Assembly (NCBI GenBank): GCA_036351015.1
Contig: JAZBOG010000007.1
Coordinates: 260,363-324,362, forward strand
Source: Bacteroidales bacterium
GTDB taxonomy: Bacteria; Bacteroidota; Bacteroidia; Bacteroidales; UBA12077
Reading direction: 5' to 3'
Length of the DNA: 64,000 bases
Shown: positions 1-8,223 of the stretch, piece by piece
Layout of the letters: each line of letters opens with the position of its first letter
Numbering within the stretch: position 1 is the stretch's first letter
Position numbers and translations under genes: made by a program
Notes under the pieces: generated by a model
What the model was told of the DNA's origin: nothing
What the model saw: only the letters and a program-made list of their open reading frames with translations
Databases searched by the model: none

Positions 1-79
1 CTTCAAATTTCCAATCTTTGTTCTCTTCCCAATTGAATACCTTTTCCTTAAATGTTTCTTTAGTTAAATGTTCTAGCAT
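1..79 (-). CDS. Partial CDS (5' end only); thioredoxin-like N-terminus (tentative)
   Basis: A reverse-strand ATG at 77-79 opens a frame that runs off the window edge: MLEHLTKETFKEKVFNWEENKDWKFE. This resembles N-termini of Bacteroidota thioredoxin-family proteins, but only 26 codons are visible. Confidence 0.35.
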   Translation of the reverse strand, partial: MLEHLTKETFKEKVFNWEENKDWKFE

Positions 80-256
80 TACTTTTTTAATTTTATTTGT
101 TTTTGATAAATATTGATATTTCTAAAAAAATAAATATATGAATTTATAAAGAGTTATCAAACTATATTCCAAACATTAAAATTCTTTGATATGTTCATTT
201 AAAATGGAAATAATTGTAATTTTGTCATATATTTTAATAAATTGTCATATCTATAT

Positions 257-1672
257 ATGAAGAATTGTCTGAATGATAAAATTTTTAAAATAATTGCAGA
301 GGTTGCCGATAGAAATAATCTCCCAACATTTGTTATTGGTGGTTTTGTCCGGGATTGTTTACTTCACCGGCCCTCTAAGGATATTGACATTGTAACCCAG
401 GGAAGTGGAATTCTTTTGGCGCAGGAAGTTGCCCGCGAAATCAGTCCGGCCATAAAGGTCTCTGTATTTAAAAATTTTGGCACAGCCATGTTTAAATATC
501 ATGACCTTGAGCTTGAATTTGTTGGGGCCCGAAAGGAGTCCTATCAGGAAAATTCACGAAAGCCCTTTGTTGAAGATGGTACCCTGGGGGATGATCAGAA
601 ACGAAGAGATTTTACAATAAATGCTTTGGCTATTGGATTAAATCGTTCAAATTACGGGGTATTGGTTGATCCCTTCGACGGACAGGGAGATTTAAAGCAT
701 AAGATAATACGCACACCGCTTGATCCTGATACCACTTTTTCAGACGATCCATTACGAATGTTCCGGGCTATACGTTTTGCAACGCAATTAGACTTTGAAA
801 TTGATAAAATAACTTTTTCAGCAATAACAAAAAATAAAGATCGAATTAAAATATTGTCCAACGAACGGATTGTAGAGGAGTTACATAAAATTCTTTTGGC
901 CAGGAAACCTTCGGTGGGGTTTCAGTATCTGGATGAAACCGGATTGCTTCCTTTGTTTTTGCCTGAATTATCGAAATTAAAAGGGGTAGAAACGAAGAAA
1001 GGACGCAAGCATAAGGATAATTTTTTTCATACCTTGGAGGTTGTTGATAATATTCGAAAACGAACAGATAAATTATGGTTGTTATGGGCCGGTTTGCTAC
1101 ATGATATTGCAAAACCAAGGACGAAGCGTTTTTCGGAGGATACTGGATGGACTTTTCATGGCCATGACAGCCTGGGAGCTAGAATGATTCCTTCAGTTTT
1201 TAAGCGGTTAAAGTTACCCTTAAATGAAAAGATGAAATATGTACAAAAATTAGTGCAGCTTCATTTACGTCCGATTGTTTTATCTCAGGAGGAGGTAACC
1301 GATTCAGCCGTTCGGCGTTTACTGTTCGAAGCGGGTGATGATATTGATGATTTAATGATATTGTGCCGGGCTGATATTACCTCCAAAAATGAATATACCA
1401 TAAAAAAGCATTTGCATAATTTTAAATTAGTAGAGCAGAAGCTTGTTGAGATTGAAGAAAAAGATGCGATACGGAATTTTCAGCCCCCGATTTCGGGTGA
1501 AGAGATCATTGAAACTTTTGGGATAAAACCCTCTAAGTTGGTTGGTGATATTAAAAATGCAATTAAAGAAGCCATTCTGGATGGAGAAATTAAAAATAAT
1601 TATCATGAAGCTTATGCTTTTATGATGAAAAAAGGGAAGGAGCTAGGACTAAAATCTCAAAAAGGAGAGTAG
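257..1672 (+). CDS. tRNA nucleotidyltransferase (CCA-adding) / poly(A) polymerase family protein with C-terminal HD domain
   Basis: The N-terminus has the polymerase-beta-type GGxVRDxLL...DIDI motif ([22 protein letters not shown]) and RRDFTINA. An HD-type region (LLHDIAKP) follows. The track start at 242 is TTG; the first ATG is at 257. Confidence 0.8.
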   Translation: MKNCLNDKIFKIIAEVADRNNLPTFVIGGFVRDCLLHRPSKDIDIVTQGSGILLAQEVAREISPAIKVSVFKNFGTAMFKYHDLELEFVGARKESYQENSRKPFVEDGTLGDDQKRRDFTINALAIGLNRSNYGVLVDPFDGQGDLKHKIIRTPLDPDTTFSDDPLRMFRAIRFATQLDFEIDKITFSAITKNKDRIKILSNERIVEELHKILLARKPSVGFQYLDETGLLPLFLPELSKLKGVETKKGRKHKDNFFHTLEVVDNIRKRTDKLWLLWAGLLHDIAKPRTKRFSEDTGWTFHGHDSLGARMIPSVFKRLKLPLNEKMKYVQKLVQLHLRPIVLSQEEVTDSAVRRLLFEAGDDIDDLMILCRADITSKNEYTIKKHLHNFKLVEQKLVEIEEKDAIRNFQPPISGEEIIETFGIKPSKLVGDIKNAIKEAILDGEIKNNYHEAYAFMMKKGKELGLKSQKGE

Positions 1673-1693
1673 AACAGCTAATGCTATGTTTAT

Positions 1694-2743
1694 TTATTGC
1701 GAGGGATTAAAATGCAAAATAAGATAAACCGGAAGATGATCACTATATCCTCTGTTATACCGGTATCCAATAAACGTTCGGAAGGGTTGATATCCATAAA
1801 AACTGTCATCGGGCTCCATTAAAAAATCTTTGTCAAAAATGTGGACATCCTCGGGAGTAGTAAAAAGATTATTCTCAGGATTGAGTAAATATCCTGAAAC
1901 AATAAATTGATCGAGTATTGCCCATTCTCCCTGGTACTTATGACTTCCAAGGTTTTTTGTTTCAAGGATAGAATAGGATAAATTATAAAGCTCATTATTT
2001 TTGATAGTTTTCGTCTGGATGTTTGCCTGCAGAATATTTCTCAAGCTGTTGTTTAATGGAGTGTCATTAAAATCACCAGTTATGATAATATTGGATTTTG
2101 GATGAATAGCAACAATGGAATCTACGATATTCTTTAATCGTTGAGCTGCAGCTATCCTGTTTTTTTCAGACTCCAGTTGCCCTCCCCACCTGGAGGGCCA
2201 ATGATTGATAAAGATGTGCAAAGTATCAGATTTTCTCACTATTCCTTTTACATAGAGTATATCCCGGGTTTTAAAATGAGGATTGTCCGGGAGGTTTACT
2301 GCGATCGGAGTATGATAGATTGGCTTAAACAGTTCTTTACGATAAAGGAATCCTACATCTATTCCTCGCCTGTCAGGCGATTCATGATGGATGATTTGAT
2401 ATTCAAATTTTACAAGAGGTGTTTTATCCACTAAATCGGAAAGCACTCTTCGGTTTTCAACTTCACAAACCCCGATTATTGCCGGTGGATTCCATTCACC
2501 AACGGCTATGATAACTTTATAAATATTATTTAACTTATGATAATATTTTGAGGTCGTCCAGTACCTTATTCCGTCAGGCAAGAATTCCTCATCATTTTTC
2601 AGGCTATCATTGTCTGTGTCGAATAAATTTTCGACATTATAAAACATGATCTTATATGGATCCTCAGTATTTTGTGCAGATACTTGAATTGCGCTAGAGA
2701 TAAGAACTAGAGCAATAAACAAACAGAGGACATCTTTTTTCAT
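1694..2743 (-). CDS. Endonuclease/exonuclease/phosphatase (EEP) family protein, secreted
   Basis: Signal peptide MKKDVLCLFIALVLISSAIQVSAQ. EEP-like motifs are present: NVENLFD, GDFND and the C-terminal SDHLPV. Confidence 0.75.
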   Translation of the reverse strand: MKKDVLCLFIALVLISSAIQVSAQNTEDPYKIMFYNVENLFDTDNDSLKNDEEFLPDGIRYWTTSKYYHKLNNIYKVIIAVGEWNPPAIIGVCEVENRRVLSDLVDKTPLVKFEYQIIHHESPDRRGIDVGFLYRKELFKPIYHTPIAVNLPDNPHFKTRDILYVKGIVRKSDTLHIFINHWPSRWGGQLESEKNRIAAAQRLKNIVDSIVAIHPKSNIIITGDFNDTPLNNSLRNILQANIQTKTIKNNELYNLSYSILETKNLGSHKYQGEWAILDQFIVSGYLLNPENNLFTTPEDVHIFDKDFLMEPDDSFYGYQPFRTFIGYRYNRGYSDHLPVYLILHFNPSQ

Positions 2744-4185
2744 TGAGTATCAGTTTCTATTCTTTCAAAAGCTCCCAGGTCCGGCCCATTATCATTGGTT
2801 CTGGAGTTAAGGTTAAGGTCAAACGGGAATAAAACCCCATATTCCGGGTTACCGGAATCCTTGGCAATGGAAAGAGTATCCAGTTCATAATTGTTATCGT
2901 AAGGATCCTTAAATTTAGGATCCTGATTAACAATAATATTATGAAAGTAGTTATTATCCGCCGTAGAAATTTCTTCATTGACTTTTATCAATGAATGATC
3001 GAAATAATAATTAAAAGCAGTTCCGGGGGCTTCATCAATCAGAATTTCAGATTCTTTGTTCCCGTAAACAATGCAATTCCCAAAAGTGGCTTGGGTTAAT
3101 GGTCTTACCTGCATCTTATTATTTACATCAATATAATAGTTATTCAGGAGTAATGCAGGGGTCGAACGTGTGGAGTAGTTCCAGTAATTGGCAAAAGTAC
3201 AATGGTAAAATGTATACGCTCCCCCTATGGTAAGGGCCACCGAAAATTGTCCGCAATTTGCAAAAACAGTATTGTTGGCTTCGATGAAAGCCCCCTGGGC
3301 ATAAAGCCCGATGGCTGTCATATTTAATATCTTACTGTTCGAGAGGGTTAGTGTAGGTTCTGATTCATTGGCCAGCGTATCCACCTGAATTCCAATAATA
3401 GCATTCTTGACTTCAGTAAAATTCAAAATATTATTCGTACTTCCAGCCATTAACCAAATCCCATCCCACTGACCGGGAATATCCTCGTAATCCTGTTCGG
3501 GCCTGTCGCCCCGGAAGATGATTGGTTCCTGAAAAGTTCCATCAGCTATAAGTGTGCCTAAAACGTACAGTCGCGAGTTTTTATGAAAATGTAATTGTGT
3601 TCCTGGTTCAATAGTTAATACGCTGTTTGAATCCACAAGCATAGAGTTGTAAATAAGATAAGGTTTATTATTGGACCAGAACTGATTGCCCTCAATGATG
3701 CCATTTTCATCTCCATTGATCAGGTTTACATCCTGCCCCCATGAGATGAGATTTACATCCTGAACATTATTCTGGTATGCAAAAATTATTGAATCGTTAA
3801 CTACCATGGGGAGATCAGCATTATTGGGATCTATCGTGACTTCAATAAAAATATATAAACTGTCCTTGCTCCTTAAGGTATAATTATCCAGCCGGGTGCC
3901 TGAATAACCATCTATATTTAATCTGTAGGGCGAATCATTCCCCCCGGCAAGATATATGGATGAAATGGAAACTGATTGCTCGTATGGATTTTTTACTGTT
4001 AGATATTTTGTTGAGGTTCCAATGGTTGTGAAAACGGTATCAAACATTATGGTGTCCTGCGAGAAAGAAAGTTTGATATCCGAAGAATCGATAAAATCTT
4101 CTTTCTCACAGGCTAAAAACATAACGGTTAGGCTGATGAATAATAAATAAAATTTTTGTTGCATTTTATTTTTATATCGTTGCAT
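2740..4185 (-). CDS. Hypothetical lipoprotein, probably a beta-helix / repetitive beta-rich fold
   Basis: Signal peptide with lipobox (LTVMFLAC). The body is rich in N/G/T/I, as in right-handed beta-helix proteins. Its stop overlaps the downstream EEP gene start by 4 nt (ATGA). Confidence 0.5.
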   Translation of the reverse strand: MQRYKNKMQQKFYLLFISLTVMFLACEKEDFIDSSDIKLSFSQDTIMFDTVFTTIGTSTKYLTVKNPYEQSVSISSIYLAGGNDSPYRLNIDGYSGTRLDNYTLRSKDSLYIFIEVTIDPNNADLPMVVNDSIIFAYQNNVQDVNLISWGQDVNLINGDENGIIEGNQFWSNNKPYLIYNSMLVDSNSVLTIEPGTQLHFHKNSRLYVLGTLIADGTFQEPIIFRGDRPEQDYEDIPGQWDGIWLMAGSTNNILNFTEVKNAIIGIQVDTLANESEPTLTLSNSKILNMTAIGLYAQGAFIEANNTVFANCGQFSVALTIGGAYTFYHCTFANYWNYSTRSTPALLLNNYYIDVNNKMQVRPLTQATFGNCIVYGNKESEILIDEAPGTAFNYYFDHSLIKVNEEISTADNNYFHNIIVNQDPKFKDPYDNNYELDTLSIAKDSGNPEYGVLFPFDLNLNSRTNDNGPDLGAFERIETDTQ

Positions 4186-4336
4186 TTAACAAGTAACGAA
4201 TTTTATCTGATTTAATTTTTAAATCATTATTATTTTTTAATTATAGAATTTGTTTTATATTTATTTTTGAATAACAAATTTAAATAAATGTTTACATTTG
4301 TTGTATATTGATTATTAAAAGCTCCTTAAAAATACA

Positions 4337-4846
4337 ATGCACATACAAAAAGCCATACCTGAGAATCTCATTGAAATAATGTATTTATTGCGGCAATGTA
4401 TTGATGATTTTAATAAAAACAATATTTATCAGTGGAATGTTTCTTATCCTGATAACTATAGACTCCTGCAGGAAATTGAAAAAGGATCTTTGTATTTAAT
4501 GATTCATAAAGGGGTTCCGATTGGGACCATCACCTTTGACGAAAAACAGGCAGAAGTATTTGATGAAGTGAGATGGAGAAACAATAGCGGTCAGTTTATT
4601 GTTATTCATCGAATAGCTGTATTTCCTACCTGGCAGCGTAAGGGGGTGGGGCAAAAGTTAATTGAGTTTGTCGAGAAATTTGCTCAGGAAAATAATTTTA
4701 AATCTGTAAGACTCGATGTTTCAAGTTCTAACCAAAAACTTATTGAATTATACGAGCGACTTGGATTTGATCAAACCGGTGATATCTTATATCCAAAACA
4801 AAAGATTCCATTTAAATGTTTAGAAAAGGTATTTGAGTCGGTTTAA
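4337..4846 (+). CDS. GNAT family N-acetyltransferase
   Basis: Acetyl-CoA binding motif in IHRIAVFPTWQRKGVGQKLIEF (Q/RxxGxG/A). The size of about 170 aa is typical. Confidence 0.85.
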   Translation: MHIQKAIPENLIEIMYLLRQCIDDFNKNNIYQWNVSYPDNYRLLQEIEKGSLYLMIHKGVPIGTITFDEKQAEVFDEVRWRNNSGQFIVIHRIAVFPTWQRKGVGQKLIEFVEKFAQENNFKSVRLDVSSSNQKLIELYERLGFDQTGDILYPKQKIPFKCLEKVFESV

Positions 4847-4860
4847 TAAATTAAAAAAAA

Positions 4861-4889
4861 GCCCGGAAAAATTGAATCCGGACTTTTTT
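4861..4889 (+). terminator. Rho-independent terminator after the GNAT gene
   Basis: GCCCGGA / TCCGGAC stem (one mismatch) followed by TTTTTT, 15 nt past the stop codon. Confidence 0.55.
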
Positions 4890-4984
4890 AAAAGCAAACA
4901 AAAATTAAAAACCAACTAATTAATCCTAAACTATAAAAATCGTTGAATAATTTATTAACCCCTAAAAATTTTACCTTGAAATTT

Positions 4985-6418
4985 CTATAGTTCTATTTGC
5001 TCTCCTTTATAAAACTCTAATATCTTTTTTCTGAAAATATATTCATATTTGGCTTGCGAAACATTCGACTGGGCGATATTATAATCGTTTTTAGCCGATT
5101 TATATTCAATAATATCAACCATCCCTACCTCATATCTTTGTTCGGTATATCGGAAAGCTTCTGCCATCGATTGAGCCGACTCCAGGTTGGCGATATATCT
5201 TTCTTGTGCTGCCAATGCCTGAATATAAGCCTGCTGGATGGTTTTATATACATTTTGTTTTTGTAAGTCCAAATATAATTTTGAATCGGCAAGGTTTATT
5301 TTAGCCTGGTCAATTGCTGTTTTATTTTGCCAGCGATTAAAAATTGGAATACGTAAAGCTACATAAACAGCATGACTTGCATTATCGTTAACCTGATCCA
5401 TGTATGGATAATTACTTGAATAAATATTTTGGGTTGTATAGTTAAAAATATTTTCACCACTTTCAGTTATTCCAGTAGGAGATTCCGAAAGATTAACCGC
5501 GATATCTTCAAGCTTGTTGGTAATTTCATTATATCTTGAATTGTACTGGTATCCCAGGGATATGGTAGGACTTAACATCCCTTTAGAAATGGCCAGATCT
5601 TTCTTTGAACTTTTTACTTGTAATTCAGCACTTTTTACTTCAGGCAAAATCTCTAATGCATTATCATAGATGTCAGCAACATTTTCATCTGTTTCTGTTG
5701 TTATATCTGGAATTTCGGGGTATTGAATTTCAAAACCTTCTACACTTTCAAGATTTAATAATTGGGTTAAATCAAGGTATGCAATCTTTAAATTGTTTTG
5801 TTTGTCTGTTAAATCGGCCTTTTCTGCCGCAGCCTGTGCCTGGATTTGGAGTAAATCTCCCTTGGCTGCATTCCCAATTTCTACAAGCTTTTTTGTTTTT
5901 TCAACCTGCTCCAGGGTAACTTCGAGTTGTTCCTCTGCATTATCCACCAACTCCTTGTTTAATAATATCTGCAAATATGCTGTAGTTATATTTAAGGTAA
6001 TATCATTTTTTGCTTTCTCAACACTCTCAAGTTGTGCCAATAAATCAAGTTTTGATTTTTTGATATTATTCAAGTTCTGAAATCCATTAAATAAATTGAC
6101 TTCAGAGGTTAAATAAACATAGCCGCCTTGAAAGTTTTCATTTACATACTGATAGGTTTCATAGTTAATGGCTTTCCCTGAGTTATAATAATGTTGTCCC
6201 CGGGCATTTAAATTGGGTAGGACTTCTAATTTTGACTGGGTATAATTCTTTTCTGCAATTTCAGCCGATAACTCTTGTCTTTTAACAGTAATATTATTGT
6301 CAATGGCATAATTGATACAATCTCTCAGAGACCATACTTCCTGTGCTTTTAATGAACTTAAAGAGAGTGCTGCCAGAACAATTGTAAGTATTATTTGATT
6401 AAATCTCATCTTTTTCAT
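4985..6418 (-). CDS. TolC family outer membrane efflux protein
   Basis: Signal peptide followed by AQE, then two long coiled-coil-rich repeats typical of outer membrane factor proteins (LSLRDCINYAIDNN...). About 477 aa. Confidence 0.8.
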   Translation of the reverse strand: MKKMRFNQIILTIVLAALSLSSLKAQEVWSLRDCINYAIDNNITVKRQELSAEIAEKNYTQSKLEVLPNLNARGQHYYNSGKAINYETYQYVNENFQGGYVYLTSEVNLFNGFQNLNNIKKSKLDLLAQLESVEKAKNDITLNITTAYLQILLNKELVDNAEEQLEVTLEQVEKTKKLVEIGNAAKGDLLQIQAQAAAEKADLTDKQNNLKIAYLDLTQLLNLESVEGFEIQYPEIPDITTETDENVADIYDNALEILPEVKSAELQVKSSKKDLAISKGMLSPTISLGYQYNSRYNEITNKLEDIAVNLSESPTGITESGENIFNYTTQNIYSSNYPYMDQVNDNASHAVYVALRIPIFNRWQNKTAIDQAKINLADSKLYLDLQKQNVYKTIQQAYIQALAAQERYIANLESAQSMAEAFRYTEQRYEVGMVDIIEYKSAKNDYNIAQSNVSQAKYEYIFRKKILEFYKGEQIEL

Positions 6419-6463
6419 CTATTTATACAGTTTAACAAATTCTATTTTTTGTAATCATAATCT

Positions 6464-6490
6464 ATGCCAAAACTTCTATTGTTTTGGCAT
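6464..6490. repeat. Perfect 10-bp inverted repeat ATGCCAAAAC / GTTTTGGCAT with 7-nt spacer
   Basis: Read directly from the sequence. It lies 46-72 nt upstream of the TolC start codon. No U-run follows on either strand, so it is not a classical terminator. Confidence 0.9.
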
Positions 6491-6767
6491 GCAGTGTTTT
6501 ATATATTTTTCAGGAAATAATAATTGTTTGGAGTGCCCGAATTCGGAACAGCTTGTGTTCGTTTATGGACACTGATGTTGCCTGTAAAAAAACGATATCT
6601 GAGAACGTTTATTATTAAAATCCATACGCTTATTTTTAATTTCCATACGATAAAAAAGTCACCATTTTATCTTTATTGTAAATATATACTTTAGCGTTAT
6701 AAAATAGAATCGGGAAGTTATAAAATTTTAATGCATGAAAAAATTTTTTTGCATCCTAAAAAGTAAG

Positions 6768-6860
6768 ATGATAGCAGTTTATCCAGAGGATGTTGGTGTA
6801 CTTGTCTTATTTTCACTGGTTACCCTATATTTTTTAGCTATGTGTATTATGATATTGTAA
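6768..6860 (+). CDS. Possible 30-aa hydrophobic micropeptide (speculative)
   Basis: The ATG-initiated ORF MIAVYPEDVGVLVLFSLVTLYFLAMCIMIL contains one predicted transmembrane helix and ends 60 nt upstream of the 101-aa ORF. It has no conservation support and sits in AT-rich DNA, where short ORFs arise by chance. Confidence 0.15.
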   Translation: MIAVYPEDVGVLVLFSLVTLYFLAMCIMIL

Positions 6861-6920
6861 ATCGGATATAAATTTTGTTAATATATTGATTCATTGTATG
6901 CCTAAACCTATAATTTAACT

Positions 6921-7226
6921 ATGGATTTTATCAACATCAATGTAAGAGTAAAAGAAAGTGAAAAAGAATTAACACTGGTTTTGTATCATAAAATTTATTC
7001 AACTCCTGACGGAATTATTAACCGATGGTCTACCAATCAGGACAGCCCCTATAAAGTGGAACTTCTCATGGACGGCCAGGAGATTTCAATTGACAATACA
7101 AGGGTGAATAAAGACATGTATATTATTTCCTCAGAGCATGAAATATTGGATCAAGTTATATCTAAGTTGTTTGAAGATAAAGTTTTCGAAATCAAAAGAT
7201 CAATAGCCGAGATAAAAACCTATTAA
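6921..7226 (+). CDS. Hypothetical protein, 101 aa, no recognisable domain
   Basis: ATG-initiated ORF with no signal peptide. It ends 13 nt before the next co-directional ORF, so an operon is likely. Confidence 0.55.
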   Translation: MDFININVRVKESEKELTLVLYHKIYSTPDGIINRWSTNQDSPYKVELLMDGQEISIDNTRVNKDMYIISSEHEILDQVISKLFEDKVFEIKRSIAEIKTY

Positions 7227-7239
7227 AACAATTAAGTGT

Positions 7240-8064
7240 ATGTACCGAACTGTTTGGAAAGAATGTCAACGTGCTGTATGCCAGTTAAATTTTTACAGTT
7301 CTGCTGGAATAAAAATAAATTCCATGACAGGCTTTAAAGTTAATGACCATTTTTTAATCACCGACGATTATATTTATAAAATTTATAAGGCCAGTGAGGT
7401 GTGTATTCGTTTTTTAAAGGAGGATGGGTTTTCTGAAGAAGCGAGCGTTAAAATTCCTATGGGTGAGTTGAAAAAAAGAATCTTACGTAGTTTTGATGAC
7501 CAAAAAACCCCTTTTGCTGCGATTAATATTGACTTCGATGAGTTTAAGAAGATCAAATCCTTAAAGCTTAGATCTTCTTCCCAAAAGATTTCTATTGGTC
7601 AGCCCATTGCTTTATTAGGATATCAGCTTGATCGGGAAAATTTGGCCATAAAACAAGGCATTATTTCTTCTGCTTTTATCCATACGAATGGATTAAAATA
7701 TATACAAATTGATTCGAGTATAAAGCAAGGGAATTCAGGAAGTCCGGTAATTGATGTAGAAACCCGTGAGGTGATCGGTTTTATTGGGCATCGTTTAGCA
7801 ACGGTTACCCAGTCGCATAAACGAATGAAACAAATCATCAATAATAATCTGGCTATTCTGAAAAAATCGCAGGGTAAATTTAATGTTGAAGATATTGATC
7901 CAATCCAGGTACTTATTGCCAATCAAAATCAAATCAAACATATTTCAAATGAAATCTATAAGACAGCCACGATGACAACAGGTAATGCGTTGGATATTAA
8001 ATATGTACATGATCTTTTTGAAGAGTTTATCGATGCTGAGGTTTTACAGTCTTCTGAAAAATAG
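7240..8064 (+). CDS. Trypsin-fold (S1/Trypsin_2-like) protein without signal peptide; catalytic His/Asp motifs apparently non-canonical
   Basis: The serine motif is intact (KQGNSGSPVID) and is preceded by a G-x-I-S glycine-rich strand pattern. Where TNxHV is expected, the sequence reads LITDDYIY. The N-terminus is not hydrophobic. The C-terminal 80 aa or so look helical. Confidence 0.6.
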   Translation: MYRTVWKECQRAVCQLNFYSSAGIKINSMTGFKVNDHFLITDDYIYKIYKASEVCIRFLKEDGFSEEASVKIPMGELKKRILRSFDDQKTPFAAINIDFDEFKKIKSLKLRSSSQKISIGQPIALLGYQLDRENLAIKQGIISSAFIHTNGLKYIQIDSSIKQGNSGSPVIDVETREVIGFIGHRLATVTQSHKRMKQIINNNLAILKKSQGKFNVEDIDPIQVLIANQNQIKHISNEIYKTATMTTGNALDIKYVHDLFEEFIDAEVLQSSEK

Positions 8065-8106
8065 CAGCGCGATAAGTAGTTCCTTAATGTAAGATGGTTT
8101 AGGTTT

Positions 8107-8146
8107 AAGAGGTCGTTCCCGTTCCTGGGGCGGCCTCTTTGTTTTC
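8107..8146 (+). terminator. Rho-independent terminator after the protease-like gene
   Basis: AAGAGGTCG ... CGGCCTCTT stem (one G-U pair) followed by TGTTTT. Confidence 0.7.
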
Positions 8147-8223
8147 ATAGAAAAACTTTTTTTTTTAACTTTTTAATTAAAATTTTGTTTGTAGCTTTAT
8201 CCTTCTAAAATAACTAAAAAGAT

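Noticed and set aside
6733-6768. 11-codon ORF MHEKIFLHPKK upstream of the hydrophobic micropeptide ORF. Could it be a leader peptide?
   Set aside because: It is too short and lies in very AT-rich sequence. It has no attenuator-like alternative structures around it and no supporting evidence.
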